64,000 nucleotides of DNA, taken from Bdellovibrionales bacterium. GTDB taxonomy: Bacteria > Bdellovibrionota > Bdellovibrionia > Bdellovibrionales > UBA1609. The DNA lies in the NCBI GenBank assembly GCA_965205945.1, contig CBDBIB010000001.1:593929-657928 (forward strand), in the 5' to 3' direction. Positions 54,794-64,000 of the stretch are shown piece after piece. Position 1 is the stretch's first letter. Every line of letters starts with the position of its first letter. The translations under genes were made by a program, and so were the position numbers. The notes beneath the pieces are model-generated. The model was given only the letters and a program-made list of their open reading frames with translations, was not told the DNA's origin and made no database searches.

Positions 54794-55093
54794 TTAACTG
54801 TTCTCTATATCTACTGAAACCACACTAAACCCTGATTTTTTAATAATTTTACTAATTGCTTTTTTGGAAAGCTCCTTTCCTTTTTTAAACGTTATAGTAA
54901 TTAACTTAATATCTAAATCAATCATCACAGTTTTTACTTCTTTTTTTGCCTTAAATTTTTTCTCTAAACTATTTGAACAAAAAGCACAGACCATTCCATT
55001 CACCTTAGCCTTAGCAACTTTTCCAACACCACTGGCAACAGATAACTGTAGGCCTAGCACCATAACTGCCATTACTTTTAATAAAAACTTCAT
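54794..55093 (-). CDS. Periplasmic HMA-domain metal chaperone (MerP-like)
   Basis: Signal peptide plus GMVCAFC; AGGAGGAG RBS. Confidence 0.85.
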   Translation of the reverse strand: MKFLLKVMAVMVLGLQLSVASGVGKVAKAKVNGMVCAFCSNSLEKKFKAKKEVKTVMIDLDIKLITITFKKGKELSKKAISKIIKKSGFSVVSVDIENS

Positions 55094-55125
55094 TTTTTTT
55101 CTCCTCCTATAAGGTTTATTTTTAA

Positions 55126-55758
55126 TTAATATCTAACCATAAAATTTAAACTTGATTGACCTTTTAAACTCTGCCCCACTTCCCAAAGAAAATTCTTATA
55201 AAAAAACCGAAGTGTTGGGATATAAGCATGCCCCTTAAGCTTATTTGAAACATTAACTCTAAAAATAACCCATGAATTTAAATCTTTAAAATTTGCTACA
55301 TATGGGGCAAAACCAATCCCAAAACCTAAGGTCTTATCTAAAATATCTAAGGAACTCCTTAAAGCCCTATATTCTATGTATTTTACTGCAATATAAAACT
55401 TTCGAGTCTCATAATCCATCTGAAAACCAAGCCTTATAAAAGTTGCACTTTCATTAGTAGAGTTAATCTCATATCTTCCTGGACCTCCATAAACATAAAT
55501 ATTCCCCTGTGCAGCTAAAAAATTCCATCTTTTTATCAATAAACCTAAATGTAAACTCTCATAAGCCCTGTCTTCCTTAAACTTTTCAACTACCACACCA
55601 GTTCCAAGCCACCATCGAGGCGAATATATCAATGAAAGCTTATTGTGAGTAGGTAAGAGATGCACCATCAAAGCTGTGCCACCTTCATAGGATACTGGAT
55701 GCCCATAAGCACCCGCCATTGCAAATAAAACTCCTAAAAATATACACCTTATGCCCAT
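55126..55758 (-). CDS. Putative outer-membrane beta-barrel, first gene of the metal operon
   Basis: Signal peptide ending AYG/HPVSYEGG, alternating aromatic strands, C-terminal NFMVRY; ATG 55758 lies downstream of the ECF promoter. Confidence 0.65.
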   Translation of the reverse strand: MGIRCIFLGVLFAMAGAYGHPVSYEGGTALMVHLLPTHNKLSLIYSPRWWLGTGVVVEKFKEDRAYESLHLGLLIKRWNFLAAQGNIYVYGGPGRYEINSTNESATFIRLGFQMDYETRKFYIAVKYIEYRALRSSLDILDKTLGFGIGFAPYVANFKDLNSWVIFRVNVSNKLKGHAYIPTLRFFYKNFLWEVGQSLKGQSSLNFMVRY

Positions 55759-55783
55759 GCCATAACTCACCTTCTTATATATA

Positions 55784-55809
55784 TACGATTCATATCTTAA
55801 TTTTGTGAC
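55784..55809 (-). promoter_or_regulatory. ECF-type promoter GTCACA-N16-CGTA for the metal operon
   Basis: Minus strand reads GTCACA aaattaagatatgaat CGTA. Confidence 0.75.
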
Positions 55810-55831
55810 TTTAAAAAAACCTACCCCATAT

Positions 55832-55857
55832 GTCACAAATTAACTATAATAATCGTA
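55832..55857 (+). promoter_or_regulatory. ECF-type autoregulatory promoter GTCACA-N16-CGTA
   Basis: GTCACA aattaactataataat CGTA, followed by GAGG and the sigma-factor start. Confidence 0.75.
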
Positions 55858-55878
55858 TTAAACTAAGAGGTATAGCAT

Positions 55879-56391
55879 TTGAATGATTTAAGCGACGAAG
55901 AGCTTATGCTTAACCTAACAAGAGGAAGCCAAAAAGCATTCTCTGTTCTATATTTCCGACATAAAGGACGACTTATGACTTATTTAATCACTAAAACTAA
56001 ATCATTAACTAAGGCAGAAGATCTTTTTCAAATTGTCTTTGAAAAGCTTTACACTAAATCTCACCTATTTAAAAATACTTATAAATTTCTTCCTTGGTTT
56101 TTTACTATTGCACACAACACTTTTCTTGACTCTAAGCAAAAAAAAACTGAAACCTTAGGCGCTCTAAAGGAACAAATTGATAAGAGAAACCATATTTATG
56201 CCCACACCCCTAAGATAGATTTAAGCTCTCTATCCTTAAAACAAAAAACTGCAATGGAATTAAAATACTGGCAAGATCATGACTATACTACTATTGCAAA
56301 AAAAATGCACACCAGTGAACAAAATGTTCGAAAGCTTATTTCTAGAGCACTATTAAAAATCAAAACAAATCTTAAACAAGAGAATAAATGA
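55879..56391 (+). CDS. ECF RNA polymerase sigma factor
   Basis: SDEELM, AEDLFQ..F, FLPWFFTIAHN, region-4 HTH. Confidence 0.92.
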   Translation: MNDLSDEELMLNLTRGSQKAFSVLYFRHKGRLMTYLITKTKSLTKAEDLFQIVFEKLYTKSHLFKNTYKFLPWFFTIAHNTFLDSKQKKTETLGALKEQIDKRNHIYAHTPKIDLSSLSLKQKTAMELKYWQDHDYTTIAKKMHTSEQNVRKLISRALLKIKTNLKQENK

Positions 56392-56930
56392 ATAATTTAA
56401 AAAATGAATACTACGATTTTATTAAAATTTCTAAGCTTAAAGCCAATACAAACTCTCTTGATAAAATCGTTTTAAGTAGATCAAAAAAAGTCATCACTCC
56501 CTCTAATTTATATATAACAATTAAATATTCTCTTTTATTTTGTGCTTCTATTTTTTTTAGTTTACTGGTTTGCCCACAGTTTGGACTAGGCCTTCGAAAC
56601 AAATACCCTTTGTTCAATCACTTTTTCCATCAAAATCAGATTATTTGCGCTCTTTATTGTGCTACAATTTTTTTTTTAAGCACTCATTTTTTAGTTTATA
56701 TGGGGCTTAATCGCTTTGAAAAAATCGTACTACATAAAAAAAATCCTTTTCTTCCAGTGATTACTTTTTCTGTAAGCTTTGGAGGGTTTATGTTTTTTAG
56801 TAATAACATTGTCACAAAACCGGATCTAAGCTTTACCCTAGTTTGGTCTATATTTATCCTAATAAGCTATTTAGCTTTTCATCAATTAAATCTTAAAAGG
56901 TTAGTCCCTGACCAAAACAATTGTATCTAG
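56388..56930 (+). CDS. Putative membrane anti-sigma factor with Cys/His loop
   Basis: ATGA overlap with the sigma gene; ~4 TMs; CPQFG...HFFH...CALYC. Confidence 0.7.
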   Translation: MNNLKNEYYDFIKISKLKANTNSLDKIVLSRSKKVITPSNLYITIKYSLLFCASIFFSLLVCPQFGLGLRNKYPLFNHFFHQNQIICALYCATIFFLSTHFLVYMGLNRFEKIVLHKKNPFLPVITFSVSFGGFMFFSNNIVTKPDLSFTLVWSIFILISYLAFHQLNLKRLVPDQNNCI

Positions 56931-57080
56931 TAGGCTTTAAACCACCACAACCCATCAAAGATCTACACCAGCAAGCTTTATACTAGCTCTAAAGCAAAAG
57001 CTTTTATCTTTAATGCTTATATAAATTTTACCAGCATATGCACCTGACTACATTAACAGGGTATTTTAGACACATCAGTC

Positions 57081-57626
57081 TTAAAGTATCCTAAAAACCT
57101 ACGAGAATTTGATCAAATTTTTAAAGATGATGACGCTTGCTTGGCTTTTCTTAAGGAGCAGCGTTGGGGTAAAGACTTTAAATGCCAGGCCTGTGGCAAC
57201 AACACATACTGGTTAATTTCAACTAGACTTTGCAAATGTAAAACTTGTCTTTTTGCAAATTCAGTCAAAGTTGGTTCTATTTTTGAGCCCTCAAAACTTC
57301 CGATTAAAACATGGTTCTATGCAATCTGGTGGATCACTGCACAAAAAAACTGGAGTAAGCGCACTAAGCCTTCAAAGAATTCTGGGTCTAGGAAGTTATG
57401 GAGCAGCCTGGCTACTTCTACATAAAATTCGAAACGCTATGGTCCATGGAGACTAGAGTCTTTTACGTGGAGAGGTTGAAGTTGATGAAGCTTTTATTGG
57501 TGGTTTTAGGTCTAAAAAGCGCGGTAGAGGAGCCGAAGGCAAAGAGCTTGTGGTGATTGCAGCTGAGTGCTCAGGAAAAAAGCGAGTTAGCAGAATCAGA
57601 ATTCAAAGAGTTCCTGATGCTTCTAC
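57081..57626 (+). pseudogene. IS1595-family (ISXO2-like) transposase, frameshifted, with an internal stop and a 3' truncation
   Basis: YPKNLREF..F..D.AC..FL..RW, zinc ribbon CQAC/CKTC, GVSALSLQRILG, EVEVDEAFIGG, RIRIQRVPDAS; frameshift at A7 57343-57349; TAG at 57454-57456. Confidence 0.9.
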
Positions 57627-58432
57627 TATTTCTATGAAATTTTTTAATAAGTCATATACTCTATACATATTGTATATTTCGGATAAAAAGCTTAACAATT
57701 AGAGGAAATTAAATAGTTTTTTAGCTCTAATTCTACATTTTTATTTTCATTTAAAATCTGTGCTTTTGTATGAAATGCCGATAAGGAGGATTATGTTACT
57801 ATTTCTGCTTAAAACCACATTATTTTTGATTTGACCTGCTGATTTTAACTATGGTGCTTAAGTGTAAATTTCTTTATAACATAAAAATGTTGCAAAATAG
57901 TTACGTTTAATTAACAAGATTTTCTTATTTAAATAATAACTCTATACAAATAAATATTTAAAAAAAACTTAAAGAATATCGCTTTAAATATTATTTAATT
58001 TTATATAATACATATGCTGTATCTTAATAACTTTTAAACTTAGATGCTGGTTAAAATAACAGCTATGATAAATAAAGATATTTAAATCTAAGCTTTAAAA
58101 AAAGAATATTAAATATTAAATATTTTTAAAGTAAATTCTAAAGCAGTCCTTATTTTTAATAATAAAAATTTTATTGAAAATAATAATTTTAAAAAAATAA
58201 AGTCTAAACTTTTATAATTAAATACTTTTAAACTTAAATATAATTTTAAAATAGACGTAGTAACATAATCCTCCTTATCGGCATCTCATACAAAAGCACA
58301 GATTTTAAATGAAAATAAAAATGTAGAATTAGAGCTAAAAAACTATTTAATTTCCTCTAATTATTAAGCTTTTCATCCGAAATATACAATATGTATAGAG
58401 TATATGACTTATTAAAAAATTTCATAGAAATA
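57627..58432. repeat. 175-bp inverted repeat pair (57627-57801 / 58258-58432) around a 456-bp AT-rich spacer
   Basis: The left arm equals the reverse complement of the right arm with 3 mismatches. Confidence 0.95.
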
Positions 58433-58435
58433 AGT

Positions 58436-61400
58436 GTGAAAGCTTTAACTTTCTTCACAATTTTACTATTAACTCCCCATTCTCTAGCCACCCCAAGTTC
58501 TTTTGTTTTTCAAGGCCAAATTGTAAAACCCAATGGAGACGCTTTAGAAGAAAATAATGTCAGCTTTCTTGTTCAAGTTTTATCCTCCATGGATCATTGT
58601 CTTCTTTACGAAGAAAGTTTTAATCTTAATATGATAGGATCAAAGGGAGTTTTTAACTTAAACGTTGGGTCTGGAATAAACACAGGAAATGGAGGCTTAA
58701 CAAATTTATCTAAAGCTTTAGACAATTCTTTTTTAAACAATAAAAGTCTTAGTTGTGCCTTTGGGTCTTCATACACTCCAACCTTAAACGATACAAGAAG
58801 GCTTAGAGTAACTTTTGATCATGGCAGCGGCCCTCTTACTTTAACAAATGACCATATAATTCACAGTGTGCCCTATGCTCAGTATGCCGGCAAACTTGGT
58901 GGAAAAGCTGTTAATGATTTTATTCAAGTAAGTCGTGGTGTTACTCAAAGCAATTTAGAGACCGTGTTTGATAATGATGCCAATCAAAGGGAGCTTATGG
59001 CTTTAATTAATGGCAGTTCTAATCAATACTCCCCATTAAGCATCAGTGGAGCTAGCTTTTTACCTAGTTTTTCAAGCTCTCATCCACCACCTAATTCTCA
59101 GGCAGGAGATATTTGGTATAACTCTACAAATAATCAAATCATGTACTACAATGGATCAGCAGCCACTGTTGTTGGTAAAGGTAGTGGAACTGTAACCAGT
59201 ATTACAGCAGGAAGCGGCTTAAGTGGTGGAACCATTACAAACAGTGGTACAATTTTAATTGCACCAGGGGGTGTTTTAAACAGTCATCTTGCAAGTGGTA
59301 TTCATGCAAATAAAATCACAAGTGGAATTCTACCAAGCTCAGTGGTTCCCACAGGAACTGACAATACAAAACTTCCTCTTACAGGAGGGGTTTTATTAGG
59401 TGACCTTAACTTTAATAATAATCAGATTCTAAACACAAGTCATATTATGCAAAACCCAGGAAGTACCATGACCTTAGGTTCTTATACGAATTTAGAAGAA
59501 GTTAGTCTTTTAGGGTCTATGAACATGAGCAATGCTGGGGCTACTTGGTACAATAGTGACTCTGGAGCGCTTAAGTATTGGAATGGTGTTAGCTTAGAAG
59601 TTTTAAGCACCTTAAGTAGTGCATCAAGTGTTTTAGTCAATGCTCCTTTAACTTCTTCAGGTGGTAGCAACCCAACAATAAGCATCAACCTTGGTAGGGG
59701 TTTATACAACAACAGTGGAAACATAGATTTAGATTTAGATTCTTCTGGGGGTTTAGAGTTTAATATAAATAAATTAAAAGTAAAAGTAGGAAGTGGTTTA
59801 AAAATTACGCCAAGGGGTTTAGAAGCAGATATAGGAAGTGGTTTAGGACAGCTCATGCAAGTGGACACTCTTCCTGTGTGTACTAGTGGGGAAAAGATTC
59901 AACGAAACCCTGGTACTATAATAAGCTATTCTTGCGTGGCTGATATTGATACGGACACAGACACAAGTCTTTTAGGAAGCCAGGCTCAAGGGGATCTTAC
60001 AGGAACCTACCCAAACCCTAGTCTTACACCAACGGGTGTAACCCAAGGGGCGTACCCAAAAGTTAGAGTTGATGTTAAAGGAAGAGTGGTTGAGGGTTTA
60101 AGTTTATTAAAATCTGATATACCAGATTTAAATGGAGAAAAGATCACTTCAGGAATCATTAGCACAGCTAGATTAGATGTTGGCACAGGGAGCAATCAGC
60201 TTATTAAGCTTGATAGCTCTTTAAGACTGCCTGCTGTTGATGGAAGTCGGCTTATAAACTTACCAAGTAGTGCTGATAATATGGGAGATGGTATAGCTCG
60301 ATTAAATATAAATCTTAACCAAAATTATTTAAGTGGAGACGGTGATAATGAGGGAATTATTATTGATGCTAGTGGAAGGGTTGGGGTTGGTAAGGCTAGT
60401 CCTGAGGCTTTATTAGACGTTGCTGGAACAGCAAGAATAACACAAATTTGTGATGAAAGAGGAGCAAATTGTAAGGATGTGTCTGAAGGTTGGAGTTTAG
60501 CAAGTCTGGCGGCAAACACGGTGACCTACACTCCATTTGGAAACATTCAGGCTACAGATGTAGAAGGTGCACTTAATGAACTTGAATCTAGAAAAGCTCC
60601 AATAACTAGAACTATTAGAACGGCTTTAAACAGTGGATTAAGTGGAGGCGGAGATTTATCAACTGATAGAAGTTTAAGTGTAGACATTAACAAAACTACA
60701 GAAAAAACTACGGCTGATTCTTTAGACAGTGTTTTAATGTATGATGTTTCTCAAAGTGGTCTTAAAAAAATAACACATTCAAACTTTTTAAACGGTTATT
60801 TAAAAGCTTCTTTAGGCACAAGTCGAGGCAACGCAATGGATGCTGGTGGGGTGCCTAGTTGTGAAGCCAATGAAAAACTTCAAATGAGTGAAGGTCCTAT
60901 TTATTTATGGTCATGTGTGACAGACACAAGTCTTTTAGGAAGCCAGGCTCAAGGGGATCTTACAGGAACCTACCCAAACCCTAGTCTTACACCAACGGGT
61001 GTAACCCAAGGGGCGTACCCAAAAGTTAGAGTTGATGTTAAAGGAAGAGTGGTTGAGGGTTTAAGTTTATTAAAATCTGATATACCAGATTTAAATGGAG
61101 AAAAGATCACTTCAGGAACCATTAGCACAGCTAGATTAGATGTTGGCACAGGGAGCAATCAGCTTATTAAGCTTGATAGCTCTTTAAGACTGCCTGCTGT
61201 TGATGGAAGTCGGCTTATAAACTTACCAAGCAGTGCTGATAATATGGGAGATAGTATAGCTCGATTAAATATAAGTCTTAACCAAAATTATTTAAGTGGA
61301 GACGGTGATAATGAGGGAATTATTATTGATGCTAGTGGAAGGGTTGGGGTTGGTAAGGCTAGTCCTGAGGCTTTATTAGACGTTGCTGGAACAGCAAGAA

Positions 61401-64000
61401 TAACACAAATTTGTGATGAAAGAGGAGCAAATTGTAAGGATGTGTCTGAAGGTTGGAGTTTAGCAAGTCTGGCGGCAAACACAGTGACCTACACTCCATT
61501 TGGAAACATTCAGGCTACAGATGTAGAAGGTGCACTTAATGAACTTGAATCTAGAAAAGCTCCAATAACTAGAACTATTACAACGGCTTTAAACAGTGGA
61601 TTAAGTGGAGGTGGAGATTTATCAACTAATAGAAGTTTAAGTGTAGACATTAACAAAACTACAGAAAAAACTACGGCTGATTCTTTAGACAGTGTTTTAA
61701 TGTATGATGTTTCTCAAAGTAGTCTTAAAAAAATAACACATTCAAACTTTTTAAACGGTTATTTAAAAGCTTCTTTAGGAAAAAGTCGAGGCAACGCAAT
61801 GGATGCTGGTGGGGTGCCTAGTTGTGAAAGCAATGAAAAACTTCAAATGAGTAACGGCCCTATTTATTCCTGGTCATGTGAAGTTGATCAAAACACAAGT
61901 CTTTTAGGAAGCCAGGCTCAAGGGGATCTTACAGGAACCTACCCGAACCCTAGTCTTATACCAACGGGTGTAACCCCAGGGACGTACCCAAAAGTTAGAG
62001 TTGATGTTAAAGGAAGAGTGGTTGAGGGTTTAAGTTTATTAAAATCTGATATACCAGATTTAAATGGAGAAAAGATCACTTCAGGAACCATTAGCACAGC
62101 TAGATTAGATGTTGGCACAGGGAGTAATCAGCTTATTAAGCTTGATAGCTCTTTAAGACTGCCTGCTGTTGATGGAAGTCAGCTTATAAACTTACCAAGC
62201 AGTGCTGATAATATGGGAGATGGTATAGCTCGATTAAATATAAATCTTAACCAAAATTATTTAAGTGGAGACGGTGATAATGAGGGAATTATTATTGATG
62301 CTAATGGAAGGGTTGGAGTTGGTAAGGCTAGTCCTGAGGCTTTATTAGACGTTGCTGGAACAGCAAGAATAACACAAATTTGTGATGAAAGAGGAGCAAA
62401 TTGTAAGGATGTGTCTGAAGGTTGGAGTTTAGCAAGTCTGGCGGCAAACACGGTGACCTACACTCCATTTGGAAACATTCAGGCTACAGATGTAGAAGGT
62501 GCACTTAATGAACTTGAATCTAGAAAAGCTCCAATAACTAGAACTATTAGAACGGCTTTAAACAGTGGATTAAGTGGAGGCGGAGATTTATCAACTGATA
62601 GAAGTTTAAGTGTAGACATTAACAAAACTACAGAAAAAACTACGGCTGATTCTTTAGACAGTGTTTTAATGTATGATGTTTCTCAAAGTGGTCTTAAAAA
62701 AATAACACATTCAAACTTTTTAAACGGTTATTTAAAAGCTTCTTTAGGCACAAGTCGAGGCAACGCAATGGATGCTGGTGGGGTGCCTAATTGTGAAAGC
62801 AATGAAAAACTTCAAATGAGTGAAGGTCCTATTTATTTATGGTCATGTGTGACAGACACAAGTCTTTTAGGAAGCCAGGCTCAAGGGGATCTTACAGGAA
62901 CCTACCCGAACCCTAGTCTTATACCAACGGGTGTAACCCAAGGGACGTACCCAAAAGTTAGAGTTGATGTTAAAGGAAGAGTGGTTGAGGGTTTAAGTTT
63001 ATTAAAATCTGATATACCAGATTTAAATGGAGAAAAGATCACTTCAGGAACCATTAGCACAGCTAGATTAGATGTTGGCACAGGGAGCAATCAGCTTATT
63101 AAGCTTGATAGCTCTTTAAGACTGCCTGCTGTTGATGGAAGTCGGCTTATAAACTTACCAAGCAGTGCTGATAATATGGGAGATGGCAGGGCTCGATTAA
63201 ATATAAATCTTAACCAAAATTATTTAAGTGGAGACGGCGATGATGAAGGAATCACTATTAACAATAATGGTGATGTTTCTGTCTCTGGAAGCATTTCTAC
63301 TCCAGGATCTATTAGTACATCTACTGTTACATTTTTAAAAAAAGTTGGAACAGTTACAACCCCTTGTGACAGTTTAACTGAGGGTACTTTAAGGTATAAT
63401 TCTTTAGGAAAAAAACTGGAGTTTTGCGATGGGGTAGTGTGGAAAACTTTTTTAAGTAACAATGATCCAACAATTTCTATTACAAACTCTTTAAGTGGAT
63501 CTTACATTAATTCTATTAATGAGGGGGGTTTTAGGGTTTTAGGAACATGTTCTGAAGATGGTGAGCTTATCACATTTTCACATGGTACAAGCTTTATTAC
63601 TTGTTCTAATAAAAGCTTTAGTGGTGATATTGATTTTTCAAGCCTAAGTGATGGTCCACTTTCACTAACTGCTAGTATCACAAACATTGCTGGAAATTCT
63701 AAAACTTCAGGTGTTTTAAATCTAATAAAAGATACTAAACCCCCTATTGTCAGTATTGGAAGCCATATAATAAGCAGTTCAAATTCTATAGACTTTCCCA
63801 TAACTGTAAGCCAAGACTTTAGTAGTATAAACCTAGAAAAGAGCAATGTCAGCCTTACTGGAGCTACTACAGGTTGCACAGTTTTAGTAACAAATGGAAC
63901 AACTATTAATCCAAGTATTAGGATTTCAGACTGCAGTGATGAAACCGGAAATATTCAAATTACAATCGCCTCTGGTGTTGCACAAGATGCAGCCGGAAAC
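58436..64000 (+). CDS. Bdellovibrio MAT/tail-fibre-like giant adhesin with tandem shaft repeats and Ig-like domains; 3' end outside the window
   Basis: GTG 58436: MKALTFFTILLLTPHSLA-TPSSFVFQGQIVKPNGDALEENNVSF...CLLYEE...GVFNLNVGSG; fibre motifs GDLTGTYPNP, YPKVRVDVKGRV, RLPAVDGS, GRVGVG..SP; ends ...VAQDAAGN in the same frame at 64000. Confidence 0.88.
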   Translation, partial: MKALTFFTILLLTPHSLATPSSFVFQGQIVKPNGDALEENNVSFLVQVLSSMDHCLLYEESFNLNMIGSKGVFNLNVGSGINTGNGGLTNLSKALDNSFLNNKSLSCAFGSSYTPTLNDTRRLRVTFDHGSGPLTLTNDHIIHSVPYAQYAGKLGGKAVNDFIQVSRGVTQSNLETVFDNDANQRELMALINGSSNQYSPLSISGASFLPSFSSSHPPPNSQAGDIWYNSTNNQIMYYNGSAATVVGKGSGTVTSITAGSGLSGGTITNSGTILIAPGGVLNSHLASGIHANKITSGILPSSVVPTGTDNTKLPLTGGVLLGDLNFNNNQILNTSHIMQNPGSTMTLGSYTNLEEVSLLGSMNMSNAGATWYNSDSGALKYWNGVSLEVLSTLSSASSVLVNAPLTSSGGSNPTISINLGRGLYNNSGNIDLDLDSSGGLEFNINKLKVKVGSGLKITPRGLEADIGSGLGQLMQVDTLPVCTSGEKIQRNPGTIISYSCVADIDTDTDTSLLGSQAQGDLTGTYPNPSLTPTGVTQGAYPKVRVDVKGRVVEGLSLLKSDIPDLNGEKITSGIISTARLDVGTGSNQLIKLDSSLRLPAVDGSRLINLPSSADNMGDGIARLNINLNQNYLSGDGDNEGIIIDASGRVGVGKASPEALLDVAGTARITQICDERGANCKDVSEGWSLASLAANTVTYTPFGNIQATDVEGALNELESRKAPITRTIRTALNSGLSGGGDLSTDRSLSVDINKTTEKTTADSLDSVLMYDVSQSGLKKITHSNFLNGYLKASLGTSRGNAMDAGGVPSCEANEKLQMSEGPIYLWSCVTDTSLLGSQAQGDLTGTYPNPSLTPTGVTQGAYPKVRVDVKGRVVEGLSLLKSDIPDLNGEKITSGTISTARLDVGTGSNQLIKLDSSLRLPAVDGSRLINLPSSADNMGDSIARLNISLNQNYLSGDGDNEGIIIDASGRVGVGKASPEALLDVAGTARITQICDERGANCKDVSEGWSLASLAANTVTYTPFGNIQATDVEGALNELESRKAPITRTITTALNSGLSGGGDLSTNRSLSVDINKTTEKTTADSLDSVLMYDVSQSSLKKITHSNFLNGYLKASLGKSRGNAMDAGGVPSCESNEKLQMSNGPIYSWSCEVDQNTSLLGSQAQGDLTGTYPNPSLIPTGVTPGTYPKVRVDVKGRVVEGLSLLKSDIPDLNGEKITSGTISTARLDVGTGSNQLIKLDSSLRLPAVDGSQLINLPSSADNMGDGIARLNINLNQNYLSGDGDNEGIIIDANGRVGVGKASPEALLDVAGTARITQICDERGANCKDVSEGWSLASLAANTVTYTPFGNIQATDVEGALNELESRKAPITRTIRTALNSGLSGGGDLSTDRSLSVDINKTTEKTTADSLDSVLMYDVSQSGLKKITHSNFLNGYLKASLGTSRGNAMDAGGVPNCESNEKLQMSEGPIYLWSCVTDTSLLGSQAQGDLTGTYPNPSLIPTGVTQGTYPKVRVDVKGRVVEGLSLLKSDIPDLNGEKITSGTISTARLDVGTGSNQLIKLDSSLRLPAVDGSRLINLPSSADNMGDGRARLNINLNQNYLSGDGDDEGITINNNGDVSVSGSISTPGSISTSTVTFLKKVGTVTTPCDSLTEGTLRYNSLGKKLEFCDGVVWKTFLSNNDPTISITNSLSGSYINSINEGGFRVLGTCSEDGELITFSHGTSFITCSNKSFSGDIDFSSLSDGPLSLTASITNIAGNSKTSGVLNLIKDTKPPIVSIGSHIISSSNSIDFPITVSQDFSSINLEKSNVSLTGATTGCTVLVTNGTTINPSIRISDCSDETGNIQITIASGVAQDAAGN
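59960..63245. repeat. Tandem direct repeat, 963-969-bp unit (~321 aa), ~3.4 copies
   Basis: Marker ACACAAGTCTTTTAGGAAGCCAGG at 59961, 60924, 61893 and 62856. Confidence 0.95.

Noticed and set aside
59482..63879. Repeated short minus-strand ORFs (62-128 aa)
   Set aside because: Antisense shadows of the MAT adhesin; they recur only because of its tandem repeats

Overview
AT-rich bacterial chromosome segment, probably Bdellovibrionota (inferred from the MAT-type fibre adhesin). Both ends of the window hold giant secreted adhesin genes that run off the edge and are absent from the ORF track. On the left is a >3,870-aa LamG + DUF11-repeat protein (minus strand, <1..11617) with ~3.6 near-identical 1176-bp repeats. 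On the right is a >1,850-aa Bdellovibrio MAT/tail-fibre-like protein (plus strand, 58436..>64000) with ~3.4 repeats of 963-969 bp. Between them are mostly housekeeping genes: purKE, nadE, mdh-sucCD-ndk, pilW-rodZ, uppP, CBS/CGL, tRNA-Phe, prpDBC, a DEAD-box helicase and acs. The most notable features: (1) an 806-bp cassette with 175-bp inverted arms that cuts off a decayed IS1595 transposase and supplies the 5' region of the MAT gene; (2) an ECF sigma/Cys-His anti-sigma pair with twin back-to-back GTCACA-N16-CGTA promoters facing a metal-handling operon; (3) a pure pentapeptide-repeat histone H1/Hc2-like protein; (4) an azurin-like lipoprotein without copper ligands; (5) a DUF285 pseudogene relic. 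Family calls come from motif recognition by eye; no database searches were run.
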